Assembly: GCA_036985715.1 (NCBI GenBank)
Contig: BTQE01000002.1
Span: 1,607-65,606, forward strand
DNA length: 64,000 bases
DNA from: Rhodothermia bacterium
Lineage (GTDB): Bacteria > Bacteroidota > Rhodothermia > Rhodothermales > UBA10348
Reading direction: 5' to 3'
In this document: in pieces, positions 37,019-47,267 of the stretch
Numbering within the stretch: the stretch's first letter is position 1
Layout of the letters: every line of letters starts with the position of its first letter
Notes under the pieces: model-generated
The model's input: only the letters and a program-made list of their open reading frames with translations
The model's database searches: none
Told to the model about the DNA's origin: nothing
Made by a program: the position numbers and the translations under genes

Positions 37019-38872
37019 ATGCAAGGTAACGGCATGAAGGTCTTCCTGATCGCCTTTTTCGTGGTGATGTCAGGATATTATCTCTTTCCGTCCGCACAGA
37101 ATTATTTTGCCAATCGCAAAATGAATGCGATGGACGAGGCAAGCCGAGCACAGTACGAAAGAGACAATTTCAACAAGCTGCGGGCTCATCAAGAAAAGGC
37201 GCTGAAACTGGGGCTGGACCTACAGGGCGGGATGCACGTCACGCTTGAGGTCAGAGTCGATGCGCTCATCCGAGAACTTGCGACCGATGTAGATCAACTT
37301 TTTGATGATGTCTTAGCGGTCGCAACCAGAGAAGCCATGTCGAGTGACGTCTCGATTATTGATTCGTTTGTTCGCGAATTTTCCCGCCGGGACTCGAATG
37401 CTCGGCTTTCGAGGTATTTCCGAAATGAGACGGCCGAAATTACACGTCGCTCCAGTAACTCGGATGTCGCCGAATTTCTCACGAAAGAAGCGAACGAGTC
37501 GGTGGAGCGCGCGATCGAAATTATCCGTGACCGAGTCGACCGATACGGAGTAACCGAACCGTCCATTCAGAAGCAGGGAAGTCGTCGAGTGGTCGTTGAA
37601 CTGCCAGGCATCGACGATCCCGAAAGAATTCGCGGTTTACTCAAGGGGACGGCCCGGCTTGAGTTCCGCCTGATGGCCGACCCGGCTGAACTGACCCAGT
37701 CGTTGCAGCGGGTGATCGAGTACTTCGAGGTGGAACCGGATTCTACGGAAACACTGGTGGGTGCGGATTCGACCTTCGACGTTGCCGACCTGCTGGACCA
37801 GGGGACGGGAGCCTCGGGGAATGCACTGGTCGACATCATGCAGCCGATAGGTCAGTCGGTTACCTTCGGTAGGGTTACTGAGCAGGATACGGCAGCCGTA
37901 AATTTGCTCTTGAGCGATCCGAGAGTCATTGATCTGTTGCCGCAAAACGTAACGCTCATGTATACGTCGTCTCCCATGGGCACAACAGATGAAGGAGTCG
38001 AAGTCTACGATCTTCTGGGCGTTCGTACGGAAATTGAGCTGGGTGGAGAAGTGATTACGGATGCCCGTGTCGATTTTGATCAGGCGACGAATCAGCCGGA
38101 AGTAACCATGGTCATGAACTCCGAAGGAACGCGCACGTGGGCTCGCCTTACAGGTGCAAACGTTGGAAAAAACATTGCCATCGTACTGGACGGCTTCGTT
38201 TATTCCTATCCCAACGTTTTAGGTAGAATCACGGGCGGCCGGTCCAATATCTCGGGACTTGATTCCAGGGACGAAGCCTCCGACATCGTTACAGTACTCA
38301 AGTCTGGTGCTCTCCCGGCTCCAGTTGAGATTGTCGAAGAACGTACCGTTGGACCGAGCCTGGGTGCTGCGTCGATTCGATCCGGCCTGAAATCCATTTT
38401 GTACGGGTTGGGCCTGGTGGCGCTGTTCATGATATTCTACTATCGTGCCGGCGGATCCGTCGCAGACATGGCTCTGATATTGAACCTGATTTTTATACTC
38501 GGGATTCTGTCCGCATTTCAAGCGACGTTGACGCTTCCCGGTATCGCGGGTATCGTGCTAACCATCGGTATGGCCGTGGACGCCAACGTGCTGATCTTCG
38601 AGCGAATACGGGAAGAACAATCCACAGGAAAGACGCTCAAGGCAGCCATCGACGGGGGTTATTCCAAGGCACTCAGCGCGATTTTTGATGCCAATATTAC
38701 CACGTTTTTCGTGGGTGTGATCCTGTATTCATTTGGAGTCGGCCCAATTCAGGGTTTTGCCGTCACGCTCATGGCGGGAATTCTGTCGTCTATGTTCACG
38801 GCGATTGTTTTTACACGAGTTTTGTTTGATTACGTAGTGATCGATCGACGACTTGACGTTAGTTACGGCTGA
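37019..38872 (+). CDS. secD: Protein translocase subunit SecD
   Basis: LKLGLDLQGGMHVTLEV, PSIQKQGSRRVVVELPG, and a C-terminal six-TM domain. The ATG at 37034 is also possible. Confidence 0.92.
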   Translation: MQGNGMKVFLIAFFVVMSGYYLFPSAQNYFANRKMNAMDEASRAQYERDNFNKLRAHQEKALKLGLDLQGGMHVTLEVRVDALIRELATDVDQLFDDVLAVATREAMSSDVSIIDSFVREFSRRDSNARLSRYFRNETAEITRRSSNSDVAEFLTKEANESVERAIEIIRDRVDRYGVTEPSIQKQGSRRVVVELPGIDDPERIRGLLKGTARLEFRLMADPAELTQSLQRVIEYFEVEPDSTETLVGADSTFDVADLLDQGTGASGNALVDIMQPIGQSVTFGRVTEQDTAAVNLLLSDPRVIDLLPQNVTLMYTSSPMGTTDEGVEVYDLLGVRTEIELGGEVITDARVDFDQATNQPEVTMVMNSEGTRTWARLTGANVGKNIAIVLDGFVYSYPNVLGRITGGRSNISGLDSRDEASDIVTVLKSGALPAPVEIVEERTVGPSLGAASIRSGLKSILYGLGLVALFMIFYYRAGGSVADMALILNLIFILGILSAFQATLTLPGIAGIVLTIGMAVDANVLIFERIREEQSTGKTLKAAIDGGYSKALSAIFDANITTFFVGVILYSFGVGPIQGFAVTLMAGILSSMFTAIVFTRVLFDYVVIDRRLDVSYG

Positions 38873-38933
38873 GCCGATTCCACACTAACTGATTTGATTT
38901 TCGCACCTCGCGGTGCACAAACGAGATAGTGAC

Positions 38934-39842
38934 ATGCGAATTTTTGAAAATGCAAATTTCGAATTCATTGGAAACAGGAGCAAAGGGTACATCTTTTCCG
39001 GTGTCCTCGTCCTCGCAAGCATTGGCTCATTCGTAATCAATGGACTTGAATTGGGAATCGACTTCAAAGGAGGGATGGAGTTCGTCATCGAGACAAGCGA
39101 GCCTCTGGATGCGGTTGCAGTACGGTCTACTCTAACAGGTGTACTGAGCTCGGACCCGGAGGTCAAAACGTTCGGCGATAACGCTTTGCTAGTCCGAACT
39201 CTTCCCATGGAGGATATCGACGCAACACAAAGCCTCATTTTGTCTGGGATCGGGGATGCTTTTCCCAATACGACCCTGAGTGTACAGAAGACCGATAATG
39301 TTGGACCCCGATTCGCTCAAGACCTGGCAGAGAGTGCCATATTTTCAATTTTTGGGTCGTTGCTGGTGATCTTCGTTTACATTCTAATCCGATTTGAATG
39401 GAGATTTGGCGTGGGTGCTGTAACTGCCCTGTTTCACGATGTCATCATCACCCTGGGCGTCTTCTCGCTCCTGAAAGGGATCGTCCCATTCTCCACGCAG
39501 ATCGATCAAACGATTGTCGCGGCATTCCTGACGATCGTCGGATACTCGTTGAATGATACGGTCGTAGTCTTCGACCGAATTCGAGAGTATACTGGATTGT
39601 TCAAGGCGGAGTCATATGATGACGTGGTCAATCGCTCCATCAATAACACATTGAGCCGTACGATCATCACTTCCGGGACAACCTTGCTCGTCGTAGGAGT
39701 CCTATTTATATTCGGTGGCGAAGTGCTCCGCGGCTTCTCATTTGCGATAATTATCGGAATTCTAATTGGGACGTACTCGTCGATTTTCGTAGCATCGCCG
39801 GTAGTGATTGAATTGAAGAAAAAAGGCGCGACGCGTAGGTAA
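38934..39842 (+). CDS. secF: Protein translocase subunit SecF
   Basis: FEFIGNRSKGYIFSG, GIDFKGGMEF, GYSLNDTVVVFDRIRE. The start was moved from 38913 to the ATG at 38934 (MRIFEN...). Confidence 0.9.
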   Translation: MRIFENANFEFIGNRSKGYIFSGVLVLASIGSFVINGLELGIDFKGGMEFVIETSEPLDAVAVRSTLTGVLSSDPEVKTFGDNALLVRTLPMEDIDATQSLILSGIGDAFPNTTLSVQKTDNVGPRFAQDLAESAIFSIFGSLLVIFVYILIRFEWRFGVGAVTALFHDVIITLGVFSLLKGIVPFSTQIDQTIVAAFLTIVGYSLNDTVVVFDRIREYTGLFKAESYDDVVNRSINNTLSRTIITSGTTLLVVGVLFIFGGEVLRGFSFAIIIGILIGTYSSIFVASPVVIELKKKGATRR

Positions 39843-39908
39843 TCTATTTTGTTGAGACAATAATCCTCCTGGAATATTTCGATCCCCGTACACTAGTCAA
39901 GAGAGCTA

Positions 39909-40247
39909 ATGAACTACAATGTTGACGAGCGCTATAACTCTGTTGTCATCACACTTAAAGGCAACATCATGGGTGGTCCTGACGGATCCAAACTGCATGA
40001 CACCCTGCATGAGTTGAAGGAAAATAACAAGGCCAACGTGGTTGTTGATCTTTCAAAAGTAAAGTTCATGAACTCGAGTGGACTCGGGATGCTGATTAGC
40101 GGAATGACAACAATGCGTAACGCGGGTGGCGATTTGCGATTGGCAAACGTCGCTGATCGGATACAGTCTTTACTGGTTATTACGAAGTTGATTACTGTTT
40201 TTAAACATTTCGATTCCGTAGATGAAGCTGTTGAGAGCTACGAGTAG
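39909..40247 (+). CDS. STAS-domain protein (anti-sigma-factor antagonist, SpoIIAA-like)
   Basis: 112 aa. VVVDLSKVKFMNSSGLGMLIS carries the conserved phosphorylatable-Ser context. Confidence 0.8.
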   Translation: MNYNVDERYNSVVITLKGNIMGGPDGSKLHDTLHELKENNKANVVVDLSKVKFMNSSGLGMLISGMTTMRNAGGDLRLANVADRIQSLLVITKLITVFKHFDSVDEAVESYE

Positions 40248-40328
40248 TCAGACAGATTCTTTCGGCAGGTCCAGCATTCGTAGAGAATGTTCGAGAATGA
40301 CTAATTAACAACATTGGATCGGGGAAGG

Positions 40329-40358
40329 GCGGCGAGCGCGGCTCGCCGCTTTTGTTTT
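40329..40358 (+). terminator. Rho-independent terminator downstream of the secDF-STAS unit
   Basis: GCGGCGAGC (40329-40337), loop GCG, then the perfect reverse complement GCTCGCCGC (40341-40349), followed by TTTTGTTTT. Confidence 0.8.
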
Positions 40359-40417
40359 GGAAACCATATACCGCTTAACTCTCTGACCTATAGGGAAAAG
40401 AGAAAAACAGTATAAGT

Positions 40418-41710
40418 ATGCCGGTTACTGTAGTTATAGGAAGCCAGTGGGGCGACGAGGGAAAGGGAAAGATTGTCGATTTGCTGAGTCGTGACATCGA
40501 CATCGTTGCTCGATATCAAGGCGGTGCCAATGCAGGCCACACGATTTGCTGGGGGGAGGACGAATTCGTTCTTCATCTTGTACCCAGTGGCGTATTTCAC
40601 GATGGAGTAACCTGTGTAATCGGGAATGGTGTTGTGATCGATCCAGTATCGATGATGGATGAAATACAGATGATAGAGGATCTGGGTTATGCAGTAGAAG
40701 GCCGTCTGTTTGTCTCGCACAATGCTCATCTCATCATGCCCTACCACAAAGCCATCGAAGGCGCGCGCGAACGTGCGAGAGATGCCGGGGCCATCGGCAC
40801 GACTGGTAGGGGAATTGGCCCCGCATATGTCGATAAGTTTGCGCGAACGGGCATTCGGGTGGTCGATCTGCTCGACCGAGACGTACTCCGAAAGAAATTG
40901 ACGGCCTCCATCGAAGAGAAAAACGCCATTTTGGAGTCAATCTATGGGGAAGAAAAACTCGATGTCGAGTCGATCATTGAGGAATATGTCGAATTTGATC
41001 GGTTGATTGATCCGTTCGTTACCGATACGGCGGAGTATCTCAATTCGGCTCTCAGAGAGGGGAAGCGCATTTTGGCGGAAGGGGCTCAGGGTTCATTACT
41101 GGACGTGGATTTCGGAACGTATCCGTTCGTCACGTCCAGTCACCCGACGGCTGGAGGGTGTTGTACCGGTCTCGGTATTCCACCAACTGCTGTTCAGGAG
41201 AGCATCGGGATCGTGAAGGCGTATTCCACGAGGGTCGGTAATGGACCGTTCATCACGGAGCTCGAGGATGAGACAGGCAGCGAACTCCGGCGAGTTGGAG
41301 CAGAATTTGGCTCTACCACCGGGCGTCCACGCCGGTGCGGATGGTTGGATCTGGTCGCGCTACGATATACGGCAATGATCAATGGATTCACCGGACTTGC
41401 AATCACGAAGCTCGACGTATTGTCCGGCCTGGACGAAATAGAAGTTTGCGTTTCCTATCAATACGATGGCAAGAATACGGATCGATTCCCAAGTGATATT
41501 CAGACTCTAGAGAAAGTGGAGCCTGAATACAGGACGTTTCCAGGTTGGAAATCGGATGTAACCGGCGTCACGTCAATAGACGCGCTTCCTCATGAGGCAC
41601 GGTCCTATATCGAATTTATCGAAGAGTTTTTGAGAGTCCCGGCCGTAATCGTTTCGACCGGACCAAATAGAAGCCAGACCGTCGAACGCTTCCGGCACGC
41701 GGCCGCGTGA
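40418..41710 (+). CDS. purA: Adenylosuccinate synthetase
   Basis: VVIGSQWGDEGKGKIVD, YQGGANAGHT, GTTGRGIGPAY, GSTTGRPRRCGWLD. Confidence 0.93.
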   Translation: MPVTVVIGSQWGDEGKGKIVDLLSRDIDIVARYQGGANAGHTICWGEDEFVLHLVPSGVFHDGVTCVIGNGVVIDPVSMMDEIQMIEDLGYAVEGRLFVSHNAHLIMPYHKAIEGARERARDAGAIGTTGRGIGPAYVDKFARTGIRVVDLLDRDVLRKKLTASIEEKNAILESIYGEEKLDVESIIEEYVEFDRLIDPFVTDTAEYLNSALREGKRILAEGAQGSLLDVDFGTYPFVTSSHPTAGGCCTGLGIPPTAVQESIGIVKAYSTRVGNGPFITELEDETGSELRRVGAEFGSTTGRPRRCGWLDLVALRYTAMINGFTGLAITKLDVLSGLDEIEVCVSYQYDGKNTDRFPSDIQTLEKVEPEYRTFPGWKSDVTGVTSIDALPHEARSYIEFIEEFLRVPAVIVSTGPNRSQTVERFRHAAA

Positions 41711-41770
41711 TCCATAAAAGCTCCAGTCAAGGGGCCAGTTCCTTGAGTTGACGTACATTTCCGTTCAGGA

Positions 41771-43207
41771 ATGCTTGCGTCACTCGATCGTGGATCACTT
41801 ATGAAAGCCTACCGTGTATCTGTCAACCTCAAGCTCGGGTTGATTCTTTTCGCCGTAGCGATTGCCGTTTCGTCGCTGTGGTACACCAAAGATCTTGCAA
41901 ATCGTCTTCGGAATCGCGAAACGTCACTCATACAACTGTGGGGACGAGCTCTGGAACAGGTACCAAAAGTTGCCCAGGAAGGATCCATCAATCCATTTCA
42001 GGATGAATTCCGGGACCTGGAAAATCAGATTTCCCGGGGATCCGGGTCGCCACTGGCGAGCGCCATCGACGACAGGAAACGTGATCGGTATCGACAGGCA
42101 TTTGTTTGGGCACAAAGCATGCCGCCCGCGAGCGACCTGACATTTATTCTAAGTGCGTTTCTAGAGCCCAATACGTTTGACATCCCGGCAATTCTGGAAG
42201 ATTTAATGATGGGTACGGCCACGATCTGGAGAAATATTCCGAACCTACCAGAATCTCTTTCCGAACTGGATTCTATTCGAGCTGTTGATCCAGACGAATA
42301 CGAACGAATCCGGGCGCGCCTCTTAAAGATTCAAAACGATATGGATGTGGTTCACCGTCCAATTCCTATTGTTGTCGCATTTCCAAGCGATACGCTCAAT
42401 CAGAAAATGCATTACGGCGAATCGTCTCTGGTGACAGCGGTCCGGTGGTTCCCATACGTTCAGCTTGGATTTGTCGGTTTATTCGTTCTCGTCGGATACT
42501 TTGGTTTCTCTTATGTCCGCTCGAGTGAGCAGAAGAGCCTGTGGGTGGGGATGGCCAAGGAGGCTGCTCATCAACTCGGCACGCCCATCTCCAGTCTTAT
42601 GGGGTGGCTGGAGGTGCTGAGATTGAAAGAGGGGGTTGACGCGCGTCAACAGCAAGCATTTGATGAAATTGAAAACGACATACAGAGACTGACCCGCGTC
42701 ACCAGCCGATTTTCAGGTATAGGATCACTCCCAAAACTCGACCAGCAATCCCTCAAGCCAGTCATTGAGAATGTCTCTGAATATATGCGTCGGCGATTGC
42801 CTCAGAGTGGCAAACACCTTGTGCTGCTGATCGATATCCCTGATGAGATCGAGGCGCCGCTGAACGCAGAATTGTTTGAATGGGTTATCGAGAACCTTCT
42901 GAAAAACGCCATTGATGCCACGCTTTCTGAGCATGGGACGATCGATATTTCCGCAAAGATATTGGATGGAAATGTAGTGGTAGACGTAACTGATAGCGGA
43001 AAGGGCATTGACCGCCGGCAGTGGAAAAACGTATTTAGACCAGGATACAGTACCAAGAAGAGGGGCTGGGGATTGGGCCTGAGCCTGGCTCGCAGAATAG
43101 TAGAGGACTATCACGGAGGATCCCTGGTGCTTCTGCACTCGCGCCCTGACGGAGGAACCACTTTTCGAATAACGCTTCCCTCCAACACTCGAAAAAGAAA
43201 AGCCTGA
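41771..43207 (+). CDS. Membrane-bound sensor histidine kinase (two TM helices, periplasmic loop, HisKA plus HATPase_c)
   Basis: H-box EAAHQLGTPISSLMGWLE. N/G boxes ENLLKNAIDA, DSGKGI, GWGLGLS. No response regulator is adjacent. The ATG at 41801 is also possible. Confidence 0.85.
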   Translation: MLASLDRGSLMKAYRVSVNLKLGLILFAVAIAVSSLWYTKDLANRLRNRETSLIQLWGRALEQVPKVAQEGSINPFQDEFRDLENQISRGSGSPLASAIDDRKRDRYRQAFVWAQSMPPASDLTFILSAFLEPNTFDIPAILEDLMMGTATIWRNIPNLPESLSELDSIRAVDPDEYERIRARLLKIQNDMDVVHRPIPIVVAFPSDTLNQKMHYGESSLVTAVRWFPYVQLGFVGLFVLVGYFGFSYVRSSEQKSLWVGMAKEAAHQLGTPISSLMGWLEVLRLKEGVDARQQQAFDEIENDIQRLTRVTSRFSGIGSLPKLDQQSLKPVIENVSEYMRRRLPQSGKHLVLLIDIPDEIEAPLNAELFEWVIENLLKNAIDATLSEHGTIDISAKILDGNVVVDVTDSGKGIDRRQWKNVFRPGYSTKKRGWGLGLSLARRIVEDYHGGSLVLLHSRPDGGTTFRITLPSNTRKRKA

Positions 43208-43277
43208 CCAGGTGCTCAGCGCTACACGGCGTAATGCCGGCTAAAAAGGCGTGATGTCGGTGCGACGGGTCATGATG

Positions 43278-44447
43278 TCAGGATCGGATGATGATTCGGG
43301 CCTGAAATTCAGTACCACTTCCCTCAACAAACGCGACGAAGATATCGTCTCTGTCGCGCCAAATGACTGCCGTTCGCCCATCCAATTCGTGAACGTCAAA
43401 TCCGGCTGATTCCTGGATCTGTCTGAGGGTACCTCTCGCAAGCCCGAACTGATCTCGGTGGTTTTCAAGGAAACCGTAAGAGAACGCAAATACCGGAATC
43501 TCTGTGTCGTCGTTATTATCACTGAAGATCAGCACAGGCAGTTCAATGGAATCAAGAATTTCTGTTAGACCGATTCCAAGGAGCGAAGCCTGTGTGATCT
43601 CAGGGGTAGATAAACGCCAACCCAGGCGATCGGCAATAAACATCTCAGCTTGTTCTGCATTACCCGTTCGAAACGTGATATCGACGTCGCTAGCAGCTGA
43701 CAAGGAAAGTTCAATAATGTCGGTTGAAGGTGGAGTCGGTGTTCCGAGACGGGTAAGTAAGTAACCGATAAAACCGGCGGCCAATATCACCCACGTGTAC
43801 AGAAGCACCCGGTTCATTCGATTCTTTTTAGGGCGCTTTAGCTCGGCGGTGGCCGAGCGATCCGCGCGGAGATCCGTTGGTCGTGTGTGACCACCTCTAG
43901 ATTCCACGACAGATCGAAGTGTGGGAGGTACAGGGACGAACGCCGAGCTCCAATAACTTCGAAGCGCACGTGCAACTGCCTCTCGCGTGATAATATTTCC
44001 GAAGACAGCACGTTGATCGACATCGAGGTGGGAGACCAGTCGCTCCTTGAAGGCATCAAGTGCATTGTGCTCAGGAAGAAGCGGCAGGTCAGTCTCTACG
44101 CAGCGCCATAAATCGATTCGATCCCGTGGTGCCAGGAGAAGGAACTGGAGGCGGACGCTGGATGCCAGGTATTGTTCAGACTCGTACCGCCGAGCCTGTT
44201 CAGAATGATCTCTGAGACCCCGAGTCGCTTCCAAGCGATTGTCCAACGAATCACCGATGGTGCTGAGTCGACTGACCAACTCTGAAAGCGATTCGTCCGT
44301 AGCACTCGTGTTTGTTTTGGAACCTTTGTAGATCGTGTCGACAAGGCGAGCTGCCTGATCAGCGTCCTTCGAGATGAACTGAGCAACCAAAAATAGCTGC
44401 TCCAAATGGGCAAGTTGGGGTCCTGAATGTTTTCCTTTATTCTCCAT
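43278..44447 (-). CDS. Hypothetical single-pass membrane protein (about 215-aa cytoplasmic N-domain, TM, about 150-aa C-domain)
   Basis: 389-aa ORF with TM helix VLLYTWVILAAGFIGYLL. Its start lies 4 nt downstream of the stop of the same-strand upstream gene. The anti-sigma-like topology is only a guess. Confidence 0.5.
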   Translation of the reverse strand: MENKGKHSGPQLAHLEQLFLVAQFISKDADQAARLVDTIYKGSKTNTSATDESLSELVSRLSTIGDSLDNRLEATRGLRDHSEQARRYESEQYLASSVRLQFLLLAPRDRIDLWRCVETDLPLLPEHNALDAFKERLVSHLDVDQRAVFGNIITREAVARALRSYWSSAFVPVPPTLRSVVESRGGHTRPTDLRADRSATAELKRPKKNRMNRVLLYTWVILAAGFIGYLLTRLGTPTPPSTDIIELSLSAASDVDITFRTGNAEQAEMFIADRLGWRLSTPEITQASLLGIGLTEILDSIELPVLIFSDNNDDTEIPVFAFSYGFLENHRDQFGLARGTLRQIQESAGFDVHELDGRTAVIWRDRDDIFVAFVEGSGTEFQARIIIRS

Positions 44448-44451
44448 TCGT

Positions 44452-45264
44452 CTATTTATCTTCCGAGAAGACTACGTTTACACTCGTTCCTTTCTTAATG
44501 TCAAGCATGGAAGATGCGTTGCCACGATTGATTGCGACTTCCAAATAATCATCACTGTTGAAAAGGACCAGCATTTCGCCAGGGACAGTGTCAGCATATG
44601 TGTTTTGCCTATGGTCAAGTATCGCGTTTCCCACGTAACACTTGAACAGTCGATTTCGTTGTAGCTTCTCAAATTCGACGCGAGGAATATTCGTAATGCA
44701 ATTACCAAATCCGTCTACGTGGACCACCCATCCCTGGATTCCCTGATCGTCAGAAATCGGTATTGCCCACCGCATGGATTGAATGTCGAGAACGGTCGAA
44801 CCCAGTTCATCCAGCAAACGCCCGGCAGCAAGATGCGCAGCAACCGGCGCAAATATGTCTCTGCCCTGAAAGGTGATACTTGGTTCAGGTATTCTCCAGA
44901 ATTGGGGTCGATCGAGTTCAATAATGCGGTCTGGAACCGAGCTTTTCAGCAGAAGCGAGAACAAGCCGTTGTCAGGCCCGACGTAGTAATGCCCGCCTTG
45001 CTCCAAGGCCACACACCTTCGATCGGTTCCGACCTCAGGATCAACAACCACGAGATGGACCGTACCCGGCGGATAATAAGGGGCGGCAATGGAAAGGACA
45101 TGGGCCGCTTCCATGACATCGTGGGGGGTAATTTCGTGAGATATGTCTACAATTCGAACGTCGGGGGCAATCGACAAGATGGCCCCCTTCATCGCTGCAA
45201 CGTATCCATCTCGATTGCCGAAATCGGAAGTGAGGGTTAGAATTCGACGGGTGTCGGTCGCCAT
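44452..45264 (-). CDS. SAM hydroxide adenosyltransferase / SAM hydrolase family protein (DUF62; the family that includes chlorinase and fluorinase)
   Basis: LTSDFGNRDGYVAAMKGAILSIAPDVRIVDISHEI, VVDPEVGT, FQGRDIFAPVAAHLA. Confidence 0.8.
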   Translation of the reverse strand: MATDTRRILTLTSDFGNRDGYVAAMKGAILSIAPDVRIVDISHEITPHDVMEAAHVLSIAAPYYPPGTVHLVVVDPEVGTDRRCVALEQGGHYYVGPDNGLFSLLLKSSVPDRIIELDRPQFWRIPEPSITFQGRDIFAPVAAHLAAGRLLDELGSTVLDIQSMRWAIPISDDQGIQGWVVHVDGFGNCITNIPRVEFEKLQRNRLFKCYVGNAILDHRQNTYADTVPGEMLVLFNSDDYLEVAINRGNASSMLDIKKGTSVNVVFSEDK

Positions 45265-45507
45265 TCTGATCGGATGCCTGTCGTGAGTTGCCGTCTGGCT
45301 TGCCCGCGGCGAGAAAAGGTTGAAGTAATTGGGCTGCGCGTACCCCGAGAGAAACGAGAAATTTGAGCGGTACGTAATCTACCAATTATTCCTAGCTCGT
45401 CCACCACGTGTCCTCGTGACGAATTAGTGTAAAATGGCCTGGTCTGGAGCAAAAGTGTTCGGAATTCAACACATACGACTCTATACCATTAAAATATTCC
45501 GATTGAA

Positions 45508-45921
45508 TTGAATACGAACTCATCGCGGGATAAGGTGCGGAAGAAGGTCGGTCAAGAAGGAGAGGCTCTGGCTGCAGCGTACCTCGAACAAAAGGGATAC
45601 CGCATCCTTGAACGGAACTATCGATTCCAACGGGCCGAAGTCGATCTGATCTGTTTTCAGCCGGCTTCGAAATATGAAGACGGAGGGGAACTGGTGTTTG
45701 TAGAAGTCAAAACCAGGACATCACATGCGTATGGTGTGCCGGAAACGGCGGTTGATACATCCAAGCAGAAAAACCTGAAGCGAGCCGCGAGGTCGTACCT
45801 GCACGAGCACAGAATGGAGGGAGCGCTTTGCCGTTTTGACGTTTTGGCGATTACGAGAATCGGCGGCAAGGTCGGTGGCCAGGTCGACATCCATCACATC
45901 GAAGGCGCCTTTCAGACTTAA
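45508..45921 (+). CDS. yraN: YraN-family (UPF0102) predicted endonuclease
   Basis: GEALAAAYLEQKGYRILERNYRFQRAEVDLI...LVFVEVKTR. TTG start at 45508, or GTG at 45535. Its stop overlaps the convergent gene's stop by 4 nt. Confidence 0.8.
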   Translation: MNTNSSRDKVRKKVGQEGEALAAAYLEQKGYRILERNYRFQRAEVDLICFQPASKYEDGGELVFVEVKTRTSHAYGVPETAVDTSKQKNLKRAARSYLHEHRMEGALCRFDVLAITRIGGKVGGQVDIHHIEGAFQT

Positions 45922-47051
45922 TTCGGACGGTACTCTTTCGGGACTTCGTCTGCGACGCGTTCGAATGCCAGATAGCCAGAAAACGTAACTCCGTAAGGGT
46001 TGAGGATATCACCTTTGTAGTCCACTACGGTCGGGCCTCGCTCCATAGTGATCCATGACGTCTGAAACTTTTCGCTGCCGGGAATTCCGTTTCGACGTTG
46101 CCATTCGTAGTAGGAGGGATCTTCTGTTTCACCGATATACCTGATTTCGATGTACCCATCAAAGGTCAATATGTGCTCGTTTGGAGTTTCACCCGGGCGC
46201 AGCATCGTCTGAGGATCGATTGGAAACCGTTGTGAAGACACCTTTGAGTTTCGCGAGAAGGTATCTCCTGTCACTGAGCGATTCATCGCAGGTCGACTAT
46301 ACGTTTTGAATCCCTGTCCTTCGGTTCTCCCAGACAACAGGGCAAGGAGAAAGTGTCGAAAAGAACCCATGAAGGCCTTTCGACGATTTTCCTCCCACAC
46401 TTTCAATTCGTCAGGGCTTCCTGCTTCCAATTCTTCAAACAACGGTTCTCCGTCGTAGCGTGTGCGGAAGGGTTCTGCTTCGAAGTCCTTCAGAAAGTAT
46501 TGAATGCGATACCCCAGAGCGTGGTTTTCAATGATTAAGGGTTCCGCTGCGTAGGCTACAAGCGTTCCACCCCGGCTCTCAAAATCCAGTACTTCTGGAT
46601 TAACAATGACGGTCATCTCAGCATTCGGAGATTCACCGACGAAAAGCTGGATGAACCGCTCGAGTCTGTCCTTCCATTTGTCGTCGCGTTCAGCTTCGAT
46701 GATGATTTCGCCGATTTCCAGAACGGCGGGTTCCAGCGTAAAGTCAAACGTATACACCCGCGACTCCCGGAGCAGTAGATCTCTGAATGACGGCTCAAAA
46801 CCAAGCATCGACACATACAAACGATGTGCGCCTGTCGGTACGCGTGCCAGGCGATATCGGCCATCCGAATCGGTGGTTGTACCCATCAACGAAGCCGCGA
46901 TAAACACGTTTGCACCGATGAGGGGATCGCCGGTTTCACCGTCCAATACTTGCCCGGTCAGAATAACCACGGTGTTCGGTTGTGCATGGGCTCTTCCCGG
47001 AGTCGACAGGGCAAAAACAAGCACGAGAAAAACTGGAACAGATGAACGCAT
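45918..47051 (-). CDS. Secreted CarboxypepD_reg-like domain protein
   Basis: Signal peptide ending GRAHAQ, then LTGQVLDGETGDPLIGANVFIAASLMGTTTDSDGRYRL, which is typical of the carboxypeptidase-regulatory-like fold. Confidence 0.7.
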   Translation of the reverse strand: MRSSVPVFLVLVFALSTPGRAHAQPNTVVILTGQVLDGETGDPLIGANVFIAASLMGTTTDSDGRYRLARVPTGAHRLYVSMLGFEPSFRDLLLRESRVYTFDFTLEPAVLEIGEIIIEAERDDKWKDRLERFIQLFVGESPNAEMTVIVNPEVLDFESRGGTLVAYAAEPLIIENHALGYRIQYFLKDFEAEPFRTRYDGEPLFEELEAGSPDELKVWEENRRKAFMGSFRHFLLALLSGRTEGQGFKTYSRPAMNRSVTGDTFSRNSKVSSQRFPIDPQTMLRPGETPNEHILTFDGYIEIRYIGETEDPSYYEWQRRNGIPGSEKFQTSWITMERGPTVVDYKGDILNPYGVTFSGYLAFERVADEVPKEYRPN

Positions 47052-47267
47052 AAGTCTGATTGGGCAGAACTAATATTCAGTGATGATCTGGAGGATGCAA
47101 ACACTAGACCGGTATGGAAACCGTCTCTCGGAAATGCCCCACAGAGGGCTTTTTAAACAGTAAGGAATCGCCCATTTGGAACTGACGCATTCCCAACGTC
47201 CAGATAATCAGGCATGGGTGTCTATTGACGACATCATTAACGGAACGGGCGCCTGTCAGATCCAGCT

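Noticed and set aside
47125-47160. Possible terminator GCCCCACAGAGGGCTTTTT between the ACS-like and CarboxypepD_reg-like genes
   Set aside because: The stem is only 4 bp, and its T-run is on the plus strand while both flanking genes are on the minus strand. That is too weak to call.
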